Source of the DNA: Camelus dromedarius
Lineage: Eukaryota
Assembly (NCBI RefSeq): GCF_036321535.1
Contig: NC_087436.1
Location: 45,074,001 to 45,138,000, forward strand
Direction: 5' to 3'
DNA: 64,000 nt
Below the pieces are notes generated by a model. The model was given only the letters and a program-made list of their open reading frames with translations. It was not told where the DNA came from and did not search any database. Position numbers and translations under genes: made by a program. Of this stretch, positions 51,268 through 64,000 are shown one piece after another; within the stretch, counting starts at the first letter, position 1; every line of letters begins with the position of its first letter.

Positions 51268-54249
51268 GCCAAAGAAAGGCAAATAAATGAAGGCTCTAGC
51301 TTCCACTTATCTTTCAATATATGGACTTGGTCCCCAGGACACCTTCACCAGCTTTGCACCTCCTCAAATCAATGTTGTAAGGAAAATGGTATTTCCTCTT
51401 ATCCTGTGTCCTGCCTCCCCAGTGACTAAATCAAAAACTGTTTCTACGGAGTCTTCCTCTCAGCCTGAAGTCAAATCCTCTCTAAAGCATTAACAGCTAG
51501 CTAGTCTCGGGGATGTTTGCTTTAGAATGGGGGCTTCAAAGTTCAAAGTTCAAAAGATAACTGCTGCGATTCCTGTTAGGTTCCTGCACTAGACTGCGTG
51601 CTGTGAAACACCATATTCTGTCTGTTTCTGCATACCATTTTATTTTCAGCACCTATCACAGTGCTTAGCCTGTGGTAGCTGCTCAATTAATAATAATTGA
51701 ATTGAAAAATAAATTACTCTCTAGTAGTTGAACTTTAGGGACACATTCAAGAATATTTGGGGGCTGAAGGGCCTCTTGTTTCTCTTCAAATCATACCTTA
51801 TTCATATTCCAGTCTAGATTGGGAACATCAACACCTGGTACCAGTAGCGTATCATTAATACAAACTCATAGCTACCAAACGAGGAAGTTCAAGGTCAAGA
51901 TAAAGATTTCAACAATAAAATTATTTGTGGAAAATAAGGTGAAGAAAAAATGTCTTTAAGGGAAAAAAGGGGAGAAACAAGAGAGAGAGGAGAAAATACT
52001 TAAGTTCCCTGTCTCGAGTTGAAAGAGGAAAACAGGTTTCAGATGTGACCAATTACCTGTCCTTTGATGATTCTGCATTAATACTATTTCTCGTGTCTAT
52101 GAAAGTGGCCGGATACACCTTACAGACTTACATATGCATGTCCTGTTCCTGAATAAAGACTGCCGTCACTGCCCCTGTAGGGCAAAAAGTCAGTTGCTTT
52201 GGAAATCGTAACCCTAACATTCTCGTTGAACATAGTCTTTTTGCTTAAGTGGCAAGAAATAATAGCCATAGTACCCAGCTACTGCACTCAGAAAAGGTCA
52301 GCCTGTCATTTGTCTCTGATAGCTGTACTGGACCCCTGAATGTCCATTCTCATGTGACCGGCACCAGTACAATTAGCATGGCTTCAAGGATGCTTGTAGA
52401 GTGATTGTGCTCTAATAGCTTACTGTATCCTTCTCTCTGACCATGTCTGCTGAGAATACCATGGTGAATCTGTTCTCTTTCCTAAGCATTTTCCTACCAC
52501 TGACTACAAGGTGAGAAACAGAATCAAATACACAGAGCTAAAAATCCAACTTTATGATGTGCTCTCTGATATTTTTACAATTCTCTTTTTAAACTTCAGT
52601 CTACAAAGCTGCTGTGTTAACTATGAATTCACCTTCCCTTTGAAATGAGTGTTTCCTTTGAGTGGTTCTGTGAGTGTTGGATCTGACAACCTTTGCTGAC
52701 TGTATCATTGCACTAATGAGGTCAAAGTTGGTCTTCAGCTCAATTCCCACATAGTCCAATTACTTTGATCTGTTCTGTTATCAAGGGTTCAACCTAACTG
52801 TATTGTTCCAGTAGCAACTAAATGTAGTTCATGAAAAGAAGAACCAAGGAATAATAAATAGAAAATCAGCCATCCATCATTTTATTGAAAAGCAACTTTC
52901 ATATTTTATATGGAGATTAATGTGCAGAATAAAATGAATACGTGCCATCATATGTGAAATTCGGCTCACCTGTATGCCTGTGTTCTAGTCAATAGCTCAT
53001 CATTTGTAAAGGCTGAAGGTGGACTCAGAGTCTCCAGAAGGAGCCTCCATGTGCAAAGGGTTAATGCTAATTGGGGCTGACCAGTCCTTTTCACAAATGG
53101 ACATCAATAAAAGCAAAGCTCAACACATCAATATTAACAAAATATTAATATATAGGGATAATATACCTTTTGGTAAACTACATTCCTTTATATTCATTGG
53201 TAGACTTCACATCTTTTCTATTACACATTGCAAAATTTTAATTACAGCCTGGCTACATGCTTCCCGTAGTATCTTTGATGTCTTCAACTGGTTCATGCTC
53301 AGGAAATATAAATTTCTTTTAACCCTAGCCTTAAAAAAATGATTAAGTGAGGTAAATATGTTGTAAAACTATGTTCACTAAGTAAGGGTGACTTTAAGGA
53401 TTGGTATGTAATAGTTTTTCCTAAAAATAGTACCTAAGTTCTGATAAATCATAATTAATTCTACATGCTACACAGATGACCATTTTTCATTTTGATAATG
53501 ATGTGCTTGTTCTGTTGTAAATAGAAAGATGAAACATAAAACATCAAACCTTGATTTCCCAGATGCTATTAAGATAAAAATATATACACATATTAAATAC
53601 AAATAATACAGAAATACTGCAAAAATCTTGAAATTGGCATGTGAATGACGAAAGTTTGGGAAATGGGTATATGTCCTCAAAACAAAGGGCCTGAAATAAA
53701 AGTGATGATATTGGAAAAACATGTTTTTAAAAATTGCATTCCTATTAAAAAAAAAGAAAAGATGATTCGAGGAATATCAATTAATACAATTAATTTTTAC
53801 TTAATATTTTGTATGCAATGCAGCTTCTAGCACAACTTTTTACCTGTGTGCTACCAAATCAATTCACCCAGAATGGGATACAAAACCCAAAGGGGTCAAT
53901 GGTGTAAGTGGAAAGAATTTTGACCGTGTGCTCTTTCCAACAAACAACTAGATAAGCGTCCTTATAAGGACTCTTAAATGCCAAGGGTCCACCCACCAGC
54001 TATAGTATAACACACAGGTATCGGTTAAAAAAACAAAACAAAACAAAAACAAAAAACCTTCCATCCGGTAGGCTCTGCCTCATAAAACCCCAAGTAACTG
54101 CCTGAGAGGAACACCCCAAGTTCTCTGCCACAAAAAGAGCCTGTCACAAGTGGCCCAAAGCCAAAATATGGTTTAACTATCTGTCTTTTTTCACACCTAT
54201 TAGCTTAATATTTTGGGCAGAAGAGAGAGGTGAAAATGCCTCAAGACAG

Positions 54250-55330
54250 ATAAATGTCTTGGCCTGTCAGAGAAATTCAAGAGGACTGTGTGACGGAAAG
54301 TGCTGAGTGAGGGTGGGGTGCCCAGGATGGGGTTCCACAGGCAGGCAGGGACAGGGTTTTGCGGGGCCCTGAAGTCTCCTGTAATGTGTTTAGATTTTAA
54401 TCTAAGTGCAATAGGAAGTCACAGAGGAGTTTTCAGCAGGAGAATGAGATGCTCCTATTCTCATATATAAAGCCATTTCTAGATACTTGGTGGAGAATTA
54501 AAGAGGGAAGGGGGAGACCAGCGGGGCAGAGGAAAGATTGGTCTGAGGCTGTTAAATTAGTTGGATAGTAAGTGATAGTGGCCTGGGCTAGGGTGGCCAC
54601 CAGGGAAATGGAGAGACGTGGATGGCAAGTAGCAGAGGATGGGAATGAAGGCTGATTTCTAGACTTCTGGTGGGTTTTATGGAGATGATAAAGAGTTCAA
54701 AGAAACACACATGTGGCTGCACGGGAATCAGAACTTCCGTTTGGGCTGTGTTGCGTTTAGGACAGGATGAGATGCACAAATGGAGATGTCAGGTAGGCAG
54801 GAAGTTGGATGTAAAAGTCTGGAGCTCAGTTGAGAGGTCTGAGCTGAAGACCTCAGTCTGGGACTCCTCACCATAGACAGTAGTTCAAACTATGAGACTG
54901 AACGAGATCACCTCAGGAGAGAGTATACAGAAAAGGAAAGAGGGTCTGGGGCAAAGCAACATAAATAGAAAAGATAGAGGAGGAAGAGCCGGCAAAGACA
55001 GAAGGCAGGACCAGGGAGGCCTGGTGGAAACCAGGAGAGCATGGTATCATTCAAGCCACAAGGGTTTCAACAGAAGGACACGCTGACAAGTGCCAAATGC
55101 TACTGGCAGGAGGAGTAAGATGAGGGGGAAACGTTGCTGGCAGAGTCACTGGACCCTGGACTAGGGCAGTTTCAGCAGAATGGCAAGGGGCGGAGCCAGA
55201 CTGGAGAACGTCAAAGAATAAAAAAATGAGGAAGTGAACACACAGTGGATACGTAGTTCGTTCTAAAAGTCTGTTTATGCGATGGAGCTGAGAGGGGAAG
55301 ACGTGCAGTCAAGAGAGATTTCTGTGGCTT
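54250..55330 (-). mobile_element. L2 LINE fragment
   Basis: gattttaatctaagtgcaataggaagtcacagaggagttttcagcagg...ggagatgtcaggtaggcaggaagttggatg. Confidence 0.75.
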
Positions 55331-55369
55331 GCTTTTGTGTTTTAGGATAAATTGGCTGGATGGATTAGG

Positions 55370-55470
55370 GGACGTTAGGGCTGCCCTCCTTCCCCCGGCT
55401 TCCCGGCGCGTTCCTTTCCGCTTCCTGGGTCTGCTCCACACTCGCAAGCACCCCGTTCACCGACAAGCAG
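55370..55470. promoter_or_regulatory. Small CpG-rich patch with tandem ETS-like GGAAG/CGGAA motifs; possible vestigial promoter
   Basis: 9 CpGs in about 90 bp in an otherwise CpG-poor window; ttccgcttcc at 55,416-55,425; 5.4 kb upstream of the candidate first coding exon. Confidence 0.3.
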
Positions 55471-55719
55471 ACACTGCTTCCAAGGGAAAAGCACAAGGCC
55501 CCCCCTCTTCAAAGTGTCTTTTCAGATAGATGATTTGGTTAATCGGGAGGAATTTCAATTCAGTTTATTTGACAAATTATGTTCATATATATGTTGAAAA
55601 CTAGTTTACTTATCGTCAGAAACTTGTCTCAGCAAAATAAAGTGTCTTCCCACCATATTTCATGTTAGAAATAGACCAAGGAGTTAAGAAATGATGAATA
55701 AAGTCTTTGTTTCAGTCAA

Positions 55720-56150
55720 AGGCCCTGTTTTAGTCTGTTGGGACAATTGTAACAGAATACTACAACCTGGGCCACTCAACGTTCTAGAGGCGAGGAAGTC
55801 TGCCATCCAGGTGTCAGCAAGACTGATTGCTCCTGAAAATTGTGAGAAAATCTCCCCACGCTCCCTCCTAGCTTCTGGTACTTTGCTGGCAATTTTGGTG
55901 TTCCTTGCCTTGTAGATGCTTCTTCATAAGATCTCTGCCCTCATGCTCACAAAGCACCCTCCCTGTGTGTGTGTCTGTGTTCAGATTTCCCCCTTTCATA
56001 AGGATGCTAGCCAGTTTGTATTATGGCCCATCAGCATGACCGCACTGTAACTTGTTTACCTTTAAAAAGACGTTATTTCCAAACAAGGTCTCAATCCCCG
56101 GTACGGGGGCTTAGAACTTCAATTAATCTTTTTAGGAGGACACAATACAA
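55720..56150 (-). mobile_element. MLT1A/B-type MaLR LTR
   Basis: ttctagaggcgaggaagtctgccatccaggtgtcagcaag...ggcttagaacttcaa...ggaggacacaatacaaaccataa. Confidence 0.8.
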
Positions 56151-57263
56151 ACCATAAATGTATTAATCAAAAATAATCCCTTTTTCCCTTGATGAAAGAG
56201 AAAAAAAAAATTGCTTTTTGTGAAAGAGAGAGCTTTAGATTCATGGTGTTTGCCCTGATTTTGATCCTGCAGTCCTTATGCAGGCAGACTTGTGTGTGTT
56301 CAAGACCTCCAGGATGTCCACAATGGGGAGCAAAACCTCATGGGTATCTTAGTTTATTTTTGTGGCTTGAAATTCAGAAGAACTAATCATAATCTTCATT
56401 TCACAAATGATGATTTCTAGTAATGGCTTTCTTAAAGTATACACAGTTTTTAAATATACAGGTATTTTCTTTTCATAATATAAGTAGTTCTATGGAGTTT
56501 GGAGTTGAATTGCTCAGAGAGCTAGATATTTTTCAGAGATGAACCTTTTTCTCGTGCTAAAATCCTGGTAAGTTACTCTTTATTAGGTTAGAGAAGCCAT
56601 TTTTAATTCAATCAAATACTTTGATAATTCCTTTACACACAAAAAAAGGTGAAGTCCCAAACAAGAGCCACGATGCTCTGAAGCAAGAAACAGAAGGAAA
56701 ACTGGGACTGAAGAGAGGGAGAAGGGAGAAGCCAAGCAGCTGGATGTGAACCTAGGCTCTGTGCCAAGAACTGCTCATGTGAGGAGCTCCCAGAAGCAAG
56801 AATCACAGAGGGACTTCTGAGGTCTAATATTTATTGTTGATTGTTCTCTAGGCTGCATGTTACCTCCCTTCATAACCTCAGACCTTCAGTAAAGGTTCAC
56901 ATGTACAAGCTTGGGTCAGTGGAACTTTGGGGGAGCATGGAAAGGGGGTGCCCAGCATGAGACAACAAGAGTGCAGAAAAGTGACTGCAGCAAGGAAGAC
57001 AGGAGGCAGATCGGGGGTTAAGGGTCTGATAGAAATAAATGATTAGCCAGACATGACCAAACACTGCATAAACTTCACCAAAAATTTTGGAACATGTTGG
57101 GTGGAATGTGACTCCCTCCAGTCTTTGGATAGGATCCGTACCAATTGTACTTAAATCTGAAAGCAAGTACAGGACTCTGGCGACATCTTGGCAGCTGACA
57201 CTGACTTATCTAAGTGTAACTGTGTCCGGTTTCTGGCACCTAATAGGACCTGAATACATCTTA

Positions 57264-57284
57264 GTTGTTGTTGTTGTTGTTGTT
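57264..57284. repeat. (GTT)7 microsatellite
   Basis: Directly visible. Confidence 0.9.
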
Positions 57285-57349
57285 TTAATTTAACAATCCT
57301 ACAGAAATACAAAATGGGAAAAACCTCACTTACAAGTGGTTTGCATGAA

Positions 57350-57700
57350 AAAGATTAAGGGATTTTAGTTGGTGAAAAGATCAATATTAGTCAACAATGT
57401 TCCCCAAGAAAATAATGAAATCTTGAGCTGCATTAATAGAAGGAGAGTTTCCAGAAGCAGGGAAATGTTATCTTCTTTGAATCTTCCCGGGTGTAATCAT
57501 ATTTATGTTCAGTTCTGAACACTTTAAAAAGACATTGACAAAACAAAATAAATACAGACGATGGCAAAGAAAAGGGTGATGAACCTGGGAGCCGTGTCAA
57601 ATATGAAACAAATAAAAATACTTTCTTATATTAACCTTAAAAAAAGAAGTCTTAGATGATACATAACATCTGTTCAAATACTTGTAGAGTTATCGTATAG
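57350..57700 (+). mobile_element. L3/CR1 3' fragment
   Basis: tcttgagctgcattaatagaagg...tgttcagttctgaacactttaaaaagacattgaca. Confidence 0.65.
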
Positions 57701-57705
57701 AAGAG

Positions 57706-58161
57706 TGTGGTAGGCAGAATAATGGCCCCCCAAAGAAGTCTACTTCCTAATCCCTGACACCTGTAGATATGTTACCTTACATGGCCAAAGGGACTTCGCA
57801 GATGTGACCAAAGATCTTGAAACAGGGAGATGATCCTGGATTATCCAGGTGAGTCCAATGTAATCCCTAGAGTTCTTAAAAGATAGAAAAGAGAGACATG
57901 AAGTCAGAGTTGGAGGGGGCAAACTGACTATACAAGCAGAGGTCAGAGTGATGGGGGCCACAAGCTAAGGGAGGTGGGCCGCCTCTAGGAGCTGGAAAAA
58001 ACAAGGAAATGGATGCTGTCCTGGAGGCTCCAGAGGAAACACAGCTCTGCCAGCCCATTCGAGACTTCTGACCTTCGGAAATATAAAATAGTGAACCTGT
58101 GGTGTTTCACCACTAAATTTGTGGACTTTTTTTTTTACAGCAGCAATAGGAAACTAGTACA
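57706..58161 (+). mobile_element. Complete MLT1C/D solo LTR with 5-bp target-site duplication AAGAG
   Basis: TG...CA termini (tgtggtaggcagaataatggcc ... ggaaactagtaca); aagag at 57,701-57,705 and 58,162-58,166. Confidence 0.9.
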
Positions 58162-60830
58162 AAGAGTTAAACAGTCTAAATAGTGCTGAATAACAGAAAG
58201 AGCATAAGTAGGTGTGCGTTAGGGGATAAAATTTTGGTTCAGTGCAAAATCCCAGTCTACCAGCATGAGAGGTGGAACAGACTGACCAGGGTGGAGCCCT
58301 GCACATGGAACTCAATTATCAACACTAAATGTCCATGAGGCAGGGCAAACCTGGGGCCAAAAGGACATGCCTGCTTCAGCCAGATATAAGAGTGAGAAAG
58401 TAAGAGAGACAAAACAGTGAATGAACAATATTAACACACTTTGGGAAGACAGAAAGTAAACAGAGGAGTGGCCATCAGTATATCGGCTGATTCACGTGAC
58501 TGTGAGTTATTGGGAAGCTGTTTACAGATTGGATGAATAAATCTTTGTATTTAGGAAAAAAACTCTCAGTAGATATAAAGACAACTAAAGAAACTAAACC
58601 AAAGACATTTTTATTTAAGGAAGTATTAATTCCAGAGGAAAATATTGCTCACGACAGGATACATAATCATAGTACATGACTACTTCACTTAGGTGAACAT
58701 TATCGACAAAGTAATAATAGTGACAACACCAAATAGTGATTTAACCAAAACTGTGATAAATTTTGGAAAAGGAAGTGTAAGGTAGTTGAAAAAAGTTAAG
58801 TCCTCAACAACTAGAAGTGTACGTCACTAAGTGATATCTAACCAGATAAACCAAGAAATCATTACTTTTGAGAAATACTGACAGAATACTAGAAGAAATA
58901 ACTGGAAGAGTTGAAAATGGTTGCCTCTGGGAAGGAAAACTGGGGTTATTTTTCATGTATTTCTTTCTCTCCAGAGTTGCAAAGTAGAAAAGGGGGACAT
59001 ATTTCCATTCTGGGGTAATTTGTAGGACAAAACTACCAATCTGAACCCACTCCTTCCTGCAGTTTACTAAGAAATGGGTTGTTTTCTTAAACCTAAGAAA
59101 CAACCAGAATATACAGAAAGCTGGCAGCTAAAGCAGGAGAAATAGAAAAGAACACAAGAGCATCATCAGAACAGTATGCATACAAACCCATCCATGCAGC
59201 CACGCAGAGAAGAGAGAGGGAATTGACTCTCTTGGCTGTCACTGCTGTCAGACAAAAGGGCAAGTATTTTATATGATTATTCCATATAATTATCACAACA
59301 GCTCCCAAGAGATTGCAGTTATTATGTCCATTTGATGGCCAAGGAAGCTAAGGTTAGAGACTTGCCCAGGGTCACACAGCGGGGAAGGTACAGAGTTCAG
59401 ACACAAATGCTGTTGTGTATGATGTCGGAGCCTGTGCCCCCCCCCCCCCACTACCTCACTTACTGTACCTGCAGTAGAGCATGGTAAGTGCCCTACTGGG
59501 AGAACTGAAGGGCCACATTCAAATAAAATAGAGAGCAGTATTACCAAGTAATACGAGTATGACCCCGCCCAGGAGCATCAGAGCTGGGGCATGGTTGTAA
59601 AGAAACAGATCCAAGTCCTTGGGGTGAAGCTGGCACAGGCCTAGGCAGTCAGAAGCTTCAGAGCTTACCAGGACCAGACAGGGTGTCCCTACTGCTACTG
59701 CCTGAGAAATCGGTGCAAAAAACGAGCTGGAGTAAAGACTACAGTCCTAGCTGGACCCACAAATGTCAGGGACAGTAAATCAGAACTCAAAGCCAGAATC
59801 GGAGCTCCCAGTCCTAAGACCTCTGACGTTCCCAGAGAGAGAAACATGAGTTTCCCAAGAGTTACCTACCTCAGAAAGCTGGGAATTGGCTTGCTGGAAT
59901 CTTCTCTTAAACAAGAGGCATGAGAGACCTAGGGAAGTAAAGGACCTCAGAGCACACGTACAGCAAATGTTAGCTCTCCATCCAAGGAAGCCTGTCCATT
60001 TCGTCGCTACAGATTTCCCTCCGAGATGGAAGCATCCATCTGCCTTTCTCTCAGCCACTAAGAAAACAGCCCATGTCTGTAGTCTCCCACCGAAACTGTC
60101 AGAGGTCGGAGCAGTCCCACCAGGAGAATGTAAGGAGGGTCCTATATGACATTTTTAAAAAGGTGAGGGAAAGGGAGCACGGAACTGAGATGATCACAAA
60201 GGGGAAGAGAGGGAAGGGTAAAGACAGAAGAAAGATGGCACAGCTGAATACAGAGGAATAGAAGCAGCAGGAAGAAATTCATCAAAAGGCCGGCTGTGGA
60301 GGAGAATTTTCCATTCATGTGTCTTTTGATTCTCAGCTTCTTTATTCTGACATAAAATTTCCTTTGTTTCCTTTTTATTTTGTATTGAGGTTACATAAGA
60401 ATTCCTTATTTTGCACTAAAGTGACATTAAAAATCCCCTGTGATAAGTCTACTAAAGATTTATACCAATACAACTTTATTACTTCATGATAAATCACTTT
60501 TGTCACATGATTAAGGTTGGGTGTTGCTCTTTCTCAAATGTTCTGTGTTTCATATGTTGTAGAGTCCTAAGGAAATAATGCTTTTTACTAAACTGATTTT
60601 TGAAAGATAATAGACTCATAGAGGTTGAGGTATCTGGGATTAACATCTAGCCTTGATCATTGACCATTTTCTTTGTAACTCACCTTTGGAAGAAAATGCA
60701 TTGTTGCCCAAACCAAGAGATTTGAGTACCTCTTCTAATTTTAAAACTGTTCCTATAGGCATAGTGCTATAAAATAGAAAGGATCTTCAAGAAAGAAAAG
60801 AGAACTAGATTTTCACAGTTTCCACGTTAC

Positions 60831-63800
60831 ATCTATATCAGTCTTTGTAATGCATTTGAGATAAAGGAATCTTTTTGTTATCAAACCACGCCTTTTCTGG
60901 AACATAGCTGATATAGAGAGATGGAAAACTCCCTTGTAAATTCAGGGCAGGGATAGACATTTAAAACAAAAGCATATCTCTATATTGCTTTCCATTTTGG
61001 TTAAATCATCCATTTCTTATCGTAAGTCCCTAATTTAGACGTCTAAGAATGATTGCTATTCTATTTTAGTTTTCTAAAAGTAGGAGGTTCAAATTTTAGT
61101 CTAGACTCTGAACTTCTCAAGGTCAGGAACCACGCTCCACTAGTCTTTATATTTCCCAGTTTTGGCAAGGCACCTGGAACCAAGCAGCCTTTCAATATGT
61201 GCTGCTGAAATAACTGAACTAACATATATCAGAAAAGAGCAGTAAAATACCAGAAACTGAAAGGTAATCATTTTGTCAATCTGGCTTTTTTTAAAAAACA
61301 CAATGAAGAAAATTTTCAGTATTGACAAGCACACCCATCAAAGTCAATTTACTGCAGCTAAAGAAGATAAGGAAATGTAACTTCTTCAGCCTTTCAAACC
61401 TTGTTCCTGTGAAGGAATTTTTTAATTAAAGAAAATGTTTTTTTTTTTTAAGTCAATTACAGAAAGCCAACATAACAAACACATTTTATCTCTTGAGCAA
61501 ATAAATTTAGTATTAATAATAATATTGTAAAGTAAAATTTAAAAGGAAATTTCAAATTAAAAAAAATAAGAACAGATTAAATACTCAATCTAGTGACTAA
61601 AATAAGTTACCCCAATTAATAAACAATTGAATGGAAACAGCAGATGATTAAAAGGTAACAAAAGGAAGCTTATCTTGTTAGAATCGCTTAGTTAACAATA
61701 CCTCATTGCCTCCTTCCTGTCATACCAGGCTATACTGTCCTAAAAGAGAATTGTATCAGATATTAGATATTATATTCCTGACCCATTAAAAACTGTGAGC
61801 CAAAATATCTTTAGTTTCAAAAGACAACTCTGCAAATGTAATTTAAATGACTTTACCATTTTAACTAGACATTGGTTATAAATTTGGAAACTGCCGCCTA
61901 GTTTATCCACGTAAGATTTACTATTTTGACATTTCAAATTACTGAAGTATAATAATCTTTGTTAAACTGGAGATTACATGGGCAGTAGAAAGACCACCCA
62001 TGGCAGCATTGGGAATTGATGCCTTTCTGATCTGCTTTGCATGTGTTTGATGAAGGATGCAATTCAGCTGTAGTCCTGATTTCATTCTTGGGTAACTTCC
62101 CCTTGGGCAGCACAGTGACCTCTTTCCACTAGATATTCATGTGCTATATTGATTGACACCCAGAACAAGTTATTAGATCTTTTTTAAATGCATGGCTTTT
62201 CTGTGGAAAAAAATAACTTTTAGAGAATATGAGTAATGTGTTTTATAAAGATAATATCTGTGCTTCACAGAGAACAAAATAAACTTCCTACTGAAGACAT
62301 CCATACAGAAACTCAGGGTTGCAAGCTAGGCTTCTGTATTAGGACTAACTTCTTTTTGATAATTACATGTAATAAGCATTCTTTGTAATAGTCACCAAAC
62401 TCAGCATAAGATAATGATATAGTCTCCCTTTTTTTTTCTATTTGTCTGTATATTTTAGAACATGTTATAAACGCTTCTGTAATTGTTCTTGTGCCAAAGA
62501 ATCTACATTTTCTCCCAATATCTTCTTCTCTTCTTCATGGAAAAACCAAATTTCACAGCCTTCCTTGTTGCTAGATATATTTAGGTAGATACATTTTCAT
62601 TCAGTGAGTAAGTGTCATACAACATTTTGGGGGACTTTCTTTAAATGGTAGGTAATCCACACTCTTTTTTATTGCCCCTTCCTCCTTCCTGCTAGCTAGA
62701 ATGTAGACATGATGGGTGGAGCTGGAGCAGCTATCTTGAGCCACCAGGGCTTGGTAATGGTGCTACCTATGAAAGAGCAATCACGTAGAAGGTACTGGAT
62801 CCCTGAGGACATTGTGAGACAGACTTACCATATCAACATAAAACTATTTATCTATAAAACCTTTTTTCTATTCAAGAAATCAATTTTGCTTTCACTTAAG
62901 ACACTATATTTTGGGCCTCTGTTACTCTCAGTAAAATCTAATCATAAATCATAATGTCTAATGCAATAGAGAATTAAGGAATGACACGACTTAACCATTA
63001 GAGGACTTTAAATGCCCTTTCTTTGAGAAGAAGTATATGCCTGCAAACTCTACATTTAGAGAATGACAATGTAAGAGGAGCAAATATGACAGCTACTATT
63101 TTGGGGGAGAGGGAAACTGATGCATAGGAAAACTGAGATTCAGAAAGGTTAGGGAACATATCCAAGGTCACATGACCCGTAAGAGATAGAGACAGGATAA
63201 AGACATCACCAGGTCTGATGGTCAATGGTACCACATCTGCCATAATCCTCAGAGAACAGATTGCCAAGCAGTGTTCCTCAGACACACCCTCACTCTGCCG
63301 ATGGATACTGTGGTAGGCAGGGTGGCACTGTTCTCTCCTCCAATACCAAAATGATGTTGCCTATGTGTGCGTTCCTACTAGTGCCATATAGCCTCCATCC
63401 CAGAAAGACATTCATAAAATATCACTGTTTGCTTTCCAAAACTAGCAGTTGGAAATAATTTCTCTCTGCTACAGAACCAAAATTAAACTACAGTCCTTAA
63501 AACATTTTGCATTTTGCAATTCACAAAGGGCATTCGTATATAAATAACTGTATTCAATCACAGGTACTTTATAATGCATGCAAAACAGCTATTATCCCCA
63601 TCATAAAGATGCAAAAAATTAAACATCCGAGAAATTAAGTGACTTAAGCAATGCCACATAGTTAATAAAAAATAGGGCCAAAATTCAAAATGCACCTTTC
63701 CATGTTTATTATTCTTTCAACTACACCAAGGAGTCCCATGACTTTTGAAACCATTCTTTATCTCACCAATAAGTCCAAAGCAATGGTCATGCATACTGAT

Positions 63801-63885
63801 ACCATACCCGGGACTAGATTCTCCGAAACAAAAACTAATCTCTACAGTTAGTCGAGAGGCTTTGGAAGTTTCATTATCCCTTTCA
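60831..63885 (-). pseudogene. Possible second decayed exon chain of unidentified product: >=63,885-63,767; 62,128-61,998; 61,739-61,702; 60,907-60,831
   Basis: AG/GT boundaries in matching phases (1, 0, 2). Reads ...ISFCFGESSPGYGISMHDHCFGLI/VERGHCAAQGEVTQE*NQDYS*IASFIKHMQSRSERHQFPMLPW/DSIAWYDRKEAM/SYVPEKAWFDNKKIPLSQMHYKD*YR. No family recognised. Confidence 0.35.
63000..63720 (-). mobile_element. MIR fragments
   Basis: ggaaaactgagattcagaaaggttagggaacatatccaaggtcac; ttatccccatcataaagatg...gaaattaagtgacttaagc. Confidence 0.65.
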
Positions 63886-64000
63886 GGTTAATAAGATGGT
63901 AATCAATGCACCCCAATTCAAATAGCTTTAAATCAGTTCTGGGGATTAGTATTAATTTTGCACTCTGTCACCCTAGTTATATAATACAGGTGTGCAACCA

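Noticed and set aside
52970-53300. Possible upstream exon with gtgagc donor
   Set aside because: About five stops in ~110 codons, close to chance for AT-rich DNA; could be a UTR exon but unsupported.
61140-61334. 64-aa minus-strand ORF as a member of the second exon chain
   Set aside because: It overlaps an L2/MIR-like tail sequence and is not phase-linked.
1-64000. tRNA, rRNA, CRISPR arrays, prokaryotic operons or intact retroviral genes
   Set aside because: None seen; the sequence is mammalian intronic/intergenic DNA and its tandem repeats are simple microsatellites.

Overview
AT-rich placental-mammal genomic DNA. The repeats (MIR, L2, L3/CR1, MER5/MER20, Tigger4, MLT1 LTRs, old L1M and a cetartiodactyl-type, probably camelid, L1 3' end) point to a laurasiatherian; no Alu, Bov-A/BovB, PRE1, Can-SINE or CHR2 copy was recognised. 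No intact protein-coding gene, tRNA, rRNA or CRISPR array is supported, and the supplied ORF track is mostly noise or N-spanning. The main result is a decayed multi-exon gene on the minus strand from about 49,965 to at least 4,350. Fifteen consecutive exons (42,083 to 4,350; 2,213 nt) have AG acceptors and GT donors (one GC), join in matching phases without a frameshift, and carry 14 in-frame stops. About five more eroded exons lie upstream. The spliced peptide shows collinear but distant motif similarity to GREB1/GREB1L as recalled from memory, suggesting a third GREB1-family paralogue that is a unitary pseudogene here. Its introns hold enhancer-like non-coding blocks whose cores are replaced by Ns; these look like length-preserving masks of highly conserved sequence rather than assembly gaps. 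A second, weaker phase-consistent exon chain lies at 60.8-63.9 kb on the minus strand.
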